Assembly: GCA_047495785.1 (NCBI GenBank) | Contig: JBLDXI010000042.1 | Span: 1,922,001 to 1,986,000, forward strand | Source of the DNA: Lepidodermella squamata | Lineage: Eukaryota > Animalia > Gastrotricha | DNA: 64,000 bases | Reading direction: 5' to 3' | Shown: in pieces, positions 14,249-26,500 of the stretch | Layout: the number at the start of each line of letters is the position of its first letter | Numbering within the stretch: the first letter of the stretch is position 1 | The notes under the pieces: generated by a model | Database searches by the model: none | Seen by the model: only the letters and a program-made list of their open reading frames with translations | Told to the model about the DNA's origin: nothing | Position numbers and translations under genes: made by a program

Positions 14249-14939
14249 TTATGTGCTTGCGACATCAATCGTCCAATCAGAGAACGCATTTTTCCGGCTA
14301 AAAAATCTCAAACACTATGTCGTCAACGCGAGAAGTGAAATGACCATTATAACCCAAACCGTGTGACATTAGTCCCCCGTGGACATAACTCCCCCGGTGG
14401 AGTATTGATTCCTTGGAATTATTAGTGAAATAGTGAAATAGAAGTGAAATGACCATTATAACCCAAACCGTGTGACATTAGTCCCCCGTGGACATAACTC
14501 CCCCGGTGGAGTATTGATTCCTTGGAATTATTAGACAGCTGAGGACCTGCTTTACAGGATAGAACAGGAGCGGGAATTTTCTTGGTATTAATTTCGCATA
14601 AATTCATTGGTTGAAATTGGTTGTTGTTGGTGTTTGGAACTTTCTGTGCGAGCGACCACAATGAACAGACACGACGCGTTCTGTCTGCAAGGCATTGTCC
14701 ATTTCCATTCGAGCAATGAATTTTGTACAAATTTCAGTGCGAGGGACAAGAATGAACAGACACGACGCGATCTGTCTGCGTGCAATGCATTTGTTTTATG
14801 TTCTGTGCTTGCGACATCAATCGTCCAATCAGAGAACGCATTTTTCCCGCTAAAAAATCTCAAACACAATGTCGTCAACGCGAGAAGTGAAATGACCATT
14901 ATAACCCAAACCGTGTGACATTAGTCCCCCGTGGACATA

Positions 14940-17586
14940 CAGGGTGTTTCAGAACTTGCGCACTAGAATAACCTGCGGCAAATGGTTGCCTTGGTATCCA
15001 GAGTAAACGTGCGCGCGCTGCGCATACATTCCGCGCACATATGTTTATATTCATGCGTAGTATAAGGCGCGGCTAGCGCAAACGGTAATGCGTGTAATGC
15101 GTATATGCTATGTAGTTGGCGTTATACTTCCCATATGGCGTGCAAGCGGCATGAGCGCATTATAAAATGCGCAAAACGAACTCGTATATACCGTAACGCA
15201 GTAATGGAGATATCGCTAGGAAATAAGATGACCCGTTTGCAGCTGAAAACGGCCCAACTACGACGATTTTCGTGACATTTGACATGCCATTCCTTACGAA
15301 CCCTGTGGATAGACTTTTTGCGCGACCAACCAGCCTGGTAGACCAGCTCTTGGGCTTTCTAACGATATCAAGAAATCGAAAATTCATCCACGGGATCTCG
15401 GATGGGAGGGTCGCAAAGATGACCCGTTTACGGCTGAAAACGGCCCAACTACGACGATTTTCGTGACATTTGACATGCCATTCCTTACGAACCCTGTGGA
15501 TAGACTTTTTGCGCGACCAACCAGCCTGGTAGACCAGCTCTTGGGCTTTCTAACGATATCAAGAAATCGAAAATTCATCCACGGCATCTCGGATGGGAGG
15601 GTCGCAAAGATGACCCGTTTACGGCTGAAAACGGCCCAACTACGACGATTTTCGTGACATTTGACATGCCATTCCTTACGAACCCTGTGGATAGACTTTT
15701 TGCGCGACCAACCAGCCTGGTAGACCAGCTCTTGGGCTTTCTAACGATATCAAGAAATCGAAAATTCATCCACGGGATCTCGGATGGGAGGGTCGCAAAG
15801 ATGACCCGTTTACGGCTGAAAACGGCCCAACTACGACGATTTTCGTGACATTTGCCATGCCATTCCTTACGAACCCTGTGGATAGACTTTTTGCGCGACC
15901 AACCAGCCTGGTAGACCAGCTCTTGGGCTTTCTAACGATATCAAGAAATCGAAAATTCATCCACGGCATCTCGGATGGGAGGGTCGCAAAGATGACCCGT
16001 TTACGGCTGAAAACGGCCCAACTACGACGATTTTCGTGACATTTGACATGCCATTCCTTACGAACCCTGTGGATAGACTTTTTGCGCGACCAACCAGCCT
16101 GGTAGACCAGCTCTTGGGCTTTCTAACGATATCAAGAAATCGAAAATTCATCCACGGCATCTCGGATGGGAGGGTCGCAAAGATGACCCGTTTACGGCTG
16201 AAAACGGCCCAACTACGACGATTTTCGTGACATTTGACATGCCATTCCTTACGAACCCTGTGGATAGACTTTTTGCGCGACCAACCAGCCTGGTAGACCA
16301 GCTCTTGGGCTTTCTAACGATATCAAGAAATCGAAAATTCATCCACGGCATCTCGGATGGGAGGGTCGCAAAGATGACCCGTTTACGGCTGAAAACGGCC
16401 CAACTACGACGATTTTCGTGACATTTGACATGCCATTCCTTACGTACCCTGTGGATAGACTTTTTGCGCGACCAACCAGCCTGGTAGACCAGCTCTTGGG
16501 CTTTCTAACGATATCAAGAAATCGAAAATTCATCCACGGCATCTCGGATGGGAGGGTCGCAAAGATGACCCGTTTACGGCTGAAAACGGCCCAACTACGA
16601 CGATTTTCGTGACATTTGACATGCCATTCCTTACGAACCCTGTGGATAGACTTTTTGCGCGACCAACCAGCCTGGTAGACCAGCTCTTGGGCTTTCTAAC
16701 GATATCAAGAAATCGAAAATTCATCCACGGCATCTCGGATGGGAGGGTCGCAAAGATGACCCGTTTACGGCTGAAAACGGCCCAACTACGACGATTTTCG
16801 TGACATTTGACATGCCATTCCTTACGAACCCTGTGGATAGACTTTTTGCGCTAGATTTTTCACTATTTCTTGGGTTTTCAGAAGATTGCGATAATTCTAG
16901 CCAAGGATTCTTTGTTCTTTATCGTCAATCATTTTGCCCCAGATTGCATGGCAGTAAATTCGTAGACATTTCGAATAGTTATCCACGAAATTGAATTGCT
17001 GCGTTAGGTCGACGTAATGAACTGCAAACCTTGATTATTTGTCTTTGTTCGATGTAGAACATTTGCAAGTGGTTTAAACTACGTCATTTTTTATCAACTT
17101 GTGCAGTCGGGGCCTTGTATTCATGCAACGTGAAAGACATTTTGATGCAAAGGCAGGAGACTAATTAACCAACGATTTTTCGACAAATTCAACATCAGGT
17201 AAAATCAGAATTTTCTCAGAAATAATCAGTTTCTGAAATATCCAGCCACAGATATTGAGAAATTGTTTCTAAACCTCTCGCTTCAGAGTCCAATCAATCA
17301 GCATGTTTCAGGAAAACATGACATCATCCTCGAAATAAAAAAGATATTTAATGAAACTCGGCTCAAATTTATCGAGGCTCGAAAGTTTCCGCCAGAAAAT
17401 AACTACGGCAGTGCTATTATGTATGCTGTACATTTATGTATTACGCATATTTTATACGCAGACTACAGTAGTGTGCAGTACATCTATAGGTAAAATAGTA
17501 TACGCGTATAATTGTATAGGCGCATAAAAATGCGCGCGCATTTGCCGCATGCTATTCATATAGTGCGCGAGTTCTGAAACACCCTG
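14940..17586. mobile_element. Non-autonomous Tc1/mariner-type element (2.65 kb) carrying an internal 191-bp tandem array
   Basis: TIR CAGGGTGTTTCAGAACT(T/C)GCGCACTA (26 bp, 1 mismatch, extending imperfectly). TA duplication at 14938-14939 and 17587-17588. The satellite resumes in register. Confidence 0.9.
15225..16850. repeat. 191-bp tandem repeat, about 8.5 near-identical copies
   Basis: Exact 191-bp period (15272, 15463, 15654 ... 16800) with only a few SNPs. Confidence 0.97.
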
Positions 17587-20500
17587 TAAGTCCCCCGGTG
17601 GAGTATTGATTCCTTGGAATTATTAGACAGCTGAGGACCTGCTTTACAGGATAGAACAGGAGCGGGAATTTTCTTGGTATTAATTTCGCATAAATTCATT
17701 GGTTGAAATTGGTTGTTGTTGGTGTTTGGAACTTTCTGTGCGAGCGACCACAATGAACAGACACGACGCGATCTGTCTGCGTGCAATGCATTTGTTTAAT
17801 GTTCTGTGCTTGCGACATCAATCGTCCAATCAGAGAACGCATTTTTCCGGCTAAAAAATCTTAAACACAATGTCGTCAACGCGAGAAGTGAAATGACCAT
17901 TATAACCCAAACCGTGTGACATTAGTCCCCCGTGGACATAACTCCCCCGGTGGAGTATTGATTCCTTGGAATTATTAGACAGCTGAGGACCTGCTTTACA
18001 GGATAGACCAGAAGCGGGAATTTTCTTGGTATTAATTTCGCATAAATTCATTGGTTGAAATTGGTTGTTGTTGGTGTTTGGAACTTTCTGTGCGAGCGAC
18101 CACAATGAACAGACACGACGCGTTCTATCTGCAAGGCATTGTCCATTTCCATTCGAGCAATGAATTTTGTACAAATTTCAGTGCGAGGGACAAGAATGAA
18201 CAGACACGACGCGATCTGTCTGCGTGCAATGCATTTGTTTAATGTTCTGTGCTTGCGACATCAATCGTCCAATCAGAGAACGCATTTTTCCGGCTAAAAA
18301 ATCTTAAACACAATGTCGTCAACGCGAGAAGTGAAATGACCATTATAACCCAAACCGTGTGACATTAGTCCCCCGTGGACATAACTCCCCCGGTGGAGTA
18401 TTGATTCCTTGGAATTATTAGACAGCTGAGGACCTGCTTTACAGGATAGACCAGAAGCGGGAATTTTCTTGGTATTAATTTCGCATAAATTCATTGGTTG
18501 AAATTGGTTGTTGTTGGTGTTTGGAACTTTCTGTGCGAGCGACCACAATGAACAGACACGACGCGTTCTATCTGCAAGGCATTGTCCATTTCCATTCGAG
18601 CAATGAATTTTGTACAAATTTCAGTGCGAGGGACAAGAATGAACAGACACGACGCGATCTGTCTGCGTGCAATGCATTTGTTTTATGTTCTGTGCTTGCG
18701 ACATCAATCGTCCAATCAGAGAACGCATTTTTCCCGCTAAAAAATCTCAAACACAATGTCGTCAACGCGAGAAGTGAAATGACCATTATAACCCAAACCG
18801 TGTGACATTAGTCCCCCGTGGACATAACTCCCCCGGTGGAGTATTGATTCCTTGGAATTATTAGACAGCTGAGGACCTGCTTTACAGGATAGACCAGAAG
18901 CGGGAATTTTCTTGGTATTAATTTCGCATAAATTCATTGGTTGAAATTGGTTGTTGTTGGTGTTTGGAACTTTCTGTGCGAGCGACCACAATGAACAGAC
19001 ACGACGCGTTCTGTCTGCAAGGCATTGTCGATTTCCATTCGAGCAATGAATTTTGTACAAAATTCAGTGCGAGGAACAAGAATGAACAGACACGACGCGA
19101 TCTGTCTGCGTGCAATGCATTTGTTTAATGTTCTGTGCTTGCGACATCAATCGTCCAATCAGAGAACGCATTTTTCCGGCTAAAAAATCTCAAACACAAT
19201 GTCGTCAACGCGAGAAGTGAAATGACCATTATAACCCAAACCGTGTGACATTAGTCCCCCGTGGACATAACTCCCCCGGTGGAGTATTGATTCCTTGGAA
19301 TTATTAGACAGCTGAGGACCTGCTTTACAGGATAGACCAGAAGCGGGAATTTTCTTGGTATTAATTTCGCATAAATTCATTGGTTGAAATTGGTTGTTGT
19401 TGGTGTTTGGAACTTTCTGTGCGAGCGACCACAATGAGCAGACACGACGCGTTCTGTCTGCAAGGCATTGTCGATTTCCATTCGAGCAATGAATTTTGTA
19501 CAAAATTCAGTGCGAGCGACCACAATGAACAGACACGACGCGATCTGTCTGCGTGCAATGCATTTGTTTAATGTTCTGTGCTTGCGACATCAATCGTCCA
19601 ATCAGAGAACGCATTTTTCCGGCTAAAAAATCTCAAACACAATGTCGTCAACGCTAGAAGTGAAATGACCATTATAACCCAAACCGTGTGACATTAGTCC
19701 CCCGTGGACATAACTCCCCCGGTGGAGTATTGATTCCTTGGAATTATTAGACAGCTGAGGACCTGCTTTACAGGATAGAACAGGAGCGGGAATTTTCTTG
19801 GTATTAATTTCGCATAAATTCATTGGTTGAAATTGGTTGTTGTTGGTGTTTGGAACTTTCTGTGCGAGCGACCACAATGAACAGACACGACGCGTTCTGT
19901 CTGCAAGGCATTGTCGATTTCCATTCGAGCAATGAATTTTGTACAAAATTCAGTGCGAGCGACCACAATGAACAGACACGACGCGATCTGTCTGCGTGCA
20001 ATGCATTTGTTTAATGTTCTGTGCTTGCGAGATCAATCGTCCAATCAGAGAACGCATTTTTCCGGCTAAAAAATCTCAAACACAATGTCGTCAACGCGAG
20101 AAGTGAAATGACCATTATAACCCAAACCGTGTGGCATTAGTCCCCCGTGGACATAACTCCCCCGGTGGAGTATTGATTCCTTGGAATTATTAGACAGCTG
20201 AGGACCTGCTTTACAGGATAGACCAGAAGCGGGAATTTTCTTGGTATTAATTTCGCATAAATTCATTGGTTGAAATTGGTTGTTGTTGGTGTGTGGAACT
20301 GTCTGTGCGAGCGACCACAATGAACAGACACGACGCGTTCTGTCTGCAAGGCATTGTCGATTTCCATTCGAGCAATGAATTTTGTACAAATTTCAGTGCG
20401 AGGAACAAGAATGAACAGACACGACGCGATCTGTCTGCGTGCAATGCATTTGTTTAATGTTCTGTGCTTGCGACATCAATCGTCCAATCAGAGAACGCAT

Positions 20501-23500
20501 TTTTCCGGCTAAAAAATCTCAAACACAATGTCGTCAACGCGAGAAGTGAAATGACCATTATAACCCAAACCGTGTGACATTAGTCCCCCGTGGACATAAC
20601 TCCCCCGGTGGAGTATTGATTCCTTGGAATTATTAGACAGCTGAGGACCTGCTTTACAGGATAGACCAGAAGCGGGAATTTTCTTGGTATTAATTTCGCA
20701 TAAATTCATTGGTTGAAATTGGTTGTTGTTGGTGTTTGGAACTTTCTGTGCGAGCGACCACAATGAACAGACACGACGCGTTCTGTCTGCAAGGCATTGT
20801 CGATTTCCATTCGAGCAATGAATTTTGTACAAATTTCAGTGCGAGGGACAAGAATGAACAGACACGACGCGATCTGTCTGCGTGCAATGCATTTGTTTAA
20901 TGTTCTGTGCTTGCGACATCAATCGTCCAATCAGAGAACGCATTTTTCCGGCTAAAAAATCTCAAACACAATGTCGTCAACGCAAGAAGTGAAATGACCA
21001 TTATAACCCAAACCGTGTGACATTAGTCCCCCGTGGACATAACTCCCCCGGTGGAGTATTGATTCCTTGGAATTATTAGACAGCTGAGGACCTGCTTTAC
21101 AGGATAGACCAGAAGCGGGAATTTTCTTGGTATTAATTTCGCATAAATTCATTGGTTGAAATTGGTTGTTGTTGGTGTGTGGAACTGTCTGTGCGAGCGA
21201 CCACAATGAACAGACACGACGCGTTCTGTCTGCAAGGCATTGTCGATTTCCATTCGAGCAATGAATTTTGTACAAAATTCAGTGCGAGCGACCACAATGA
21301 ACAGACACGACGCGATCTGTCTGCGTGCAATGCATTTGTTTAATGTTCTGTGCTTGCGACATCAATCGTCCAATCAGAGAACGCATTTTTCCGGCTAAAA
21401 AATCTCAAACACAATGTCGTCAACGCAAGAAGTGAAATGACCATTATAACCCAAACCGTGTGACATTAGTCCCCCGTGGACATAACTCCCCCGGTGGAGT
21501 ATTGATTCCTTGGAATTATTAGACAGCTGAGGACCTGCTTTACAGGATAGACCAGAAGCGGGAATTTTCTTGGTATTAATTTCGCATAAATTCATTGGTT
21601 GAAATTGGTTGTTGTTGGTGTTTGGAACTTTCTGTGCGAGCGACCACAATGAACAGACACGACGCGTTCTGTCTGCAAGGCATTGTCGATTTCCATTCGA
21701 GCAATGAATTTTGTACAAAATTCAGTGCGAGGGACAAGAATGAACAGACACGACGCGATCTGTCTGCGTGCAATGCATTTGTTTAATGTTCTGTGCTTGC
21801 GACATCAATCGTCCAATCAGAGAACGCATTTTTCCGGCTAAAAAATCTCAAACACAATGTCGTCAACGCGAGAAGTGAAATGACCATTATAACCCAAACC
21901 GTGTGACATTAGTCCCCCGTGGACATAACTCCCCCGGTGGAGTATTGATTCCTTGGAATTATTAGACAGCTGAGGACCTGCTTTACAGGATAGAACAGGA
22001 GCGGGAATTTTCTTGGTATTAATTTCGCATAAATTCATTGGTTGAAATTGGTTGTTGTTGGTGTTTGGAACTGTCTGTGCGAGCGACCACAATGAACAGA
22101 CACGACGCGTTCTGTCTGCAAGGCATTGTCGATTTCCATTCGAGCAATGAATTTTGTACAAATTTCAGTGCGAGGGACAAGAATGAACAGACACGACGCG
22201 ATCTGTCTGCGTGCAATGCATTTGTTTAATGTTCTGTGCTTGTGACATCAATCGTCCAATCAAAGAACGCATTTTTCCGGCTAAAAAATCTCAAACACAA
22301 TGTCGTCAACGCGAGAAGTGAAATGACCATTATAACCCAAACCGTGTGACATTAGTCCCCCGTGGACATAACTCCCCCGGTGGAGTATTGATTCCTTGGA
22401 ATTATTAGACAGCTGAGGACCTGCTTTACAGGATAGACCAGAAGCGGGAATTTTCTTGGTACTAATTTCGCATAAATTCATTGGTTGAAATTGGTTGTTG
22501 TTGGTGTGTGGAACTGTCTGTGCGAGCGACCACAATGAACAGACACGACGCGTTCTGTCTGCAAAGCATTGTCGATTTCCATTCGAGCAATGAATTTTGT
22601 ACAAATTTCAGTGCGAGGGACAAGAATGAACAGACACGACGCGATCTGTCTGCGTGCAATGCATTTGTTTAATGTTCTGTGCTTGCGACATCAATCGTCC
22701 AATCAGAGAACGCATTTTTCCGGCTAAAAAATCTCAAACACAATGTCGTCAACGCGAGAAGTGAAATGACCATTATAACCCAAACCGTGTGGCATTAGTC
22801 CCCCGTGGACATAACTCCCCCGGTGGAGTATTGATTCCTTGGAATTATTAGACAGCTGAGGACCTGCTTTACAGGATAGACCAGAAGCGGGAATTTTCTT
22901 GGTATTAATTTCGCATAAATTCATTGGTTGAAATTGGTTGTTGTTGGTGTTTGGAACTTTCTGTGCGAGCGACCACAATGAACAGACACGACGCGTTCTG
23001 TCTGCAAGGCATTGTCGATTTCCATTCGAGCAATGAATTTTGTACAAATTTCAGTGCGAGGGACAAGGATGAACAGACACGACGCGATCTGTCTGCGTGC
23101 AATGCATTTGTTTAATGTTCTGTGCTTGCGACATCAATCGTCCAATCAGAGAACGCATTTTTCCGGCTAAAAAATCTCAAACACAATGTCGTCAACGCGA
23201 GAAGTGAAATGACCATTATAACCCAAACCGTGTGACATTAGTCCCCCGTGGACATAACTCCCCCGGTGGAGTATTGATTCCTTGGAATTATTAGACAGCT
23301 GAGGACCTGCTTTACAGGATAGACCAGAAGCGGGAATTTTCTTGGTATTAATTTCGCATAAATTCATTGGTTGAAATTGGTTGTTGTTGGTGTTTGGAAC
23401 TTTCTGTGCGAGCGACCACAATGAACAGACACGACGCGTTCTGTCTGCAAGGCATTGTCGATTTCCATTCGAGCAATGAATTTTGTACAAATTTCAGTGC

Positions 23501-26500
23501 GAGGGACAAGAATGAACAGACACGACGCGATCTGTCTGCGTGCAATGCATTTGTTTAATGTTCTGTGCTTGCGACATCAATCGTCCAATCAGAGAACGCA
23601 TTTTTCCGGCTAAAAAATCTCAAACACAATGTCGTCAACGCAAGAAGTGAAATGACCATTATAACCCAAACCGTGTGACATTAGTCCCCCGTGGACATAA
23701 CTCCCCCGGTGGAGTATTGATTCCTTGGAATTATTAGACAGCTGAGGACCTGCTTTACAGGATAGACCAGAAGCGGGAATTTTCTTGGTATTAATTTCGC
23801 ATAAATTCATTGGTTGAAATTGGTTGTTGTTGGTGTTTGGAACTTTCTGTGCGAGCGACCACAATGAACAGACACGACGCGTTCTGTCTGCAAGGCATTG
23901 TCGATTTCCATTCGAGCAATGAATTTTGTACAAAATTCAGTGCGAGGGACAAGAATGAACAGACACGACGCGATCTGTCTGCGTGCAATGCATTTGTTTA
24001 ATGTTCTGTGCTTGCGACATCAATCGTCCAATCAGAGAACGCATTTTTCCGGCTAAAAAATCTCAAACACAATGTCGTCAACGCGAGAAGTGAAATGACC
24101 ATTATAACCCAAACCGTGTGACATTAGTCCCCCGTGGACATAACTCCCCCGGTGGAGTATTGATTCCTTGGAATTATTAGACAGCTGAGGACCTGCTTTA
24201 CAGGATAGAACAGGAGCGGGAATTTTCTTGGTATTAATTTCGCATAAATTCATTGGTTGAAATTGGTTGTTGTTGGTGTTTGGAACTGTCTGTGCGAGCG
24301 ACCACAATGAACAGACACGACGCGTTCTGTCTGCAAGGCATTGTCGATTTCCATTCGAGCAATGAATTTTGTACAAATTTCAGTGCGAGGGACAAGAATG
24401 AACAGACACGACGCGATCTGTCTGCGTGCAATGCATTTGTTTAATGTTCTGTGCTTGCGACATCAATCGTCCAATCAGAGAACGCATTTTTCCGGCTAAA
24501 AAATCTCAAACACAATGTCGTCAACGCAAGAAGTGAAATGACCATTATAACCCAAACCGTGTGACATTAGTCCCCCGTGGACATAACTCCCCCGGTGGAG
24601 TATTGATTCCTTGGAATTATTAGACAGCTGAGGACCTGCTTTACAGGATAGACCAGAAGCGGGAATTTTCTTGGTATTAATTTCGCATAAATTCATTGGT
24701 TGAAATTGGTTGTTGTTGGTGTTTGGAACTTTCTGTGCGAGCGACCACAATGAACAGACACGACGCGTTCTGTCTGCAAGGCATTGTCGATTTCCATTCG
24801 AGCAATGAATTTTGTACAAAATTCAGTGCGAGGGACAAGAATGAACAGACACGACGCGATCTGTCTGCGTGCAATGCATTTGTTTAATGTTCTGTGCTTG
24901 CGACATCAATCGTCCAATCAGAGAACGCATTTTTCCGGCTAAAAAATCTCAAACACAATGTCGTCAACGCGAGAAGTGAAATGACCATTATAACCCAAAC
25001 CGTGTGACATTAGTCCCCCGTGGACATAACTCCCCCGGTGGAGTATTGATTCCTTGGAATTATTAGACAGCTGAGGACCTGCTTTACAGGATAGAACAGG
25101 AGCGGGAATTTTCTTGGTATTAATTTCGCATAAATTCATTGGTTGAAATTGGTTGTTGTTGGTGTTTGGAACTGTCTGTGCGAGCGACCACAATGAACAG
25201 ACACGACGCGTTCTGTCTGCAAGGCATTGTCGATTTCCATTCGAGCAATGAATTTTGTACAAATTTCAGTGCGAGGGACAAGAATGAACAGACACGACGC
25301 GATCTGTCTGCGTGCAATGCATTTGTTTAATGTTCTGTGCTTGCGACATCAATCGTCCAATCAGAGAACGCATTTTTCCGGCTAAAAAATCTCAAACACA
25401 ATGTCGTCAACGCAAGAAGTGAAATGACCATTATAACCCAAACCGTGTGACATTAGTCCCCCGTGGACATAACTCCCCCGGTGGAGTATTGATTCCTTGG
25501 AATTATTAGACAGCTGAGGACCTGCTTTACAGGATAGACCAGAAGCGGGAATTTTCTTGGTATTAATTTCGCATAAATTCATTGGTTGAAATTGGTTGTT
25601 GTTGGTGTTTGGAACTTTCTGTGCGAGCGACCACAATGAACAGACACGACGCGTTCTGTCTGCAAGGCATTGTCGATTTCCATTCGAGCAATGAATTTTG
25701 TACAAAATTCAGTGCGAGGGACAAGAATGAACAGACACGACGCGATCTGTCTGCGTGCAATGCATTTGTTTAATGTTCTGTGCTTGCGACATCAATCGTC
25801 CAATCAGAGAACGCATTTTTCCGGCTAAAAAATCTCAAACACAATGTCGTCAACGCGAGAAGTGAAATGACCATTATAACCCAAACCGTGTGACATTAGT
25901 CCCCCGTGGACATAACTCCCCCGGTGGAGTATTGATTCCTTGGAATTATTAGACAGCTGAGGACCTGCTTTACAGGATAGAACAGGAGCGGGAATTTTCT
26001 TGGTATTAATTTCGCATAAATTCATTGGTTGAAATTGGTTGTTGTTGGTGTTTGGAACTGTCTGTGCGAGCGACCACAATGAACAGACACGACGCGTTCT
26101 GTCTGCAAGGCATTGTCGATTTCCATTCGAGCAATGAATTTTGTACAAATTTCAGTGCGAGGGACAAGAATGAACAGACACGACGCGATCTGTCTGCGTG
26201 CAATGCATTTGTTTAATGTTCTGTGCTTGTGACATCAATCGTCCAATCAAAGAACGCATTTTTCCGGCTAAAAAATCTCAAACACAATGTCGTCAACGCG
26301 AGAAGTGAAATGACCATTATAACCCAAACCGTGTGACATTAGTCCCCCGTGGACATAACTCCCCCGGTGGAGTATTGATTCCTTGGAATTATTAGACAGC
26401 TGAGGACCTGCTTTACAGGATAGACCAGAAGCGGGAATTTTCTTGGTACTAATTTCGCATAAATTCATTGGTTGAAATTGGTTGTTGTTGGTGTGTGGAA

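Noticed and set aside
15160-16994. Repeated 64-67 aa ORFs (MTFDMPF..., MPWMNFR...)
   Set aside because: By-products of the 191-bp repeat, whose period is not a multiple of 3.
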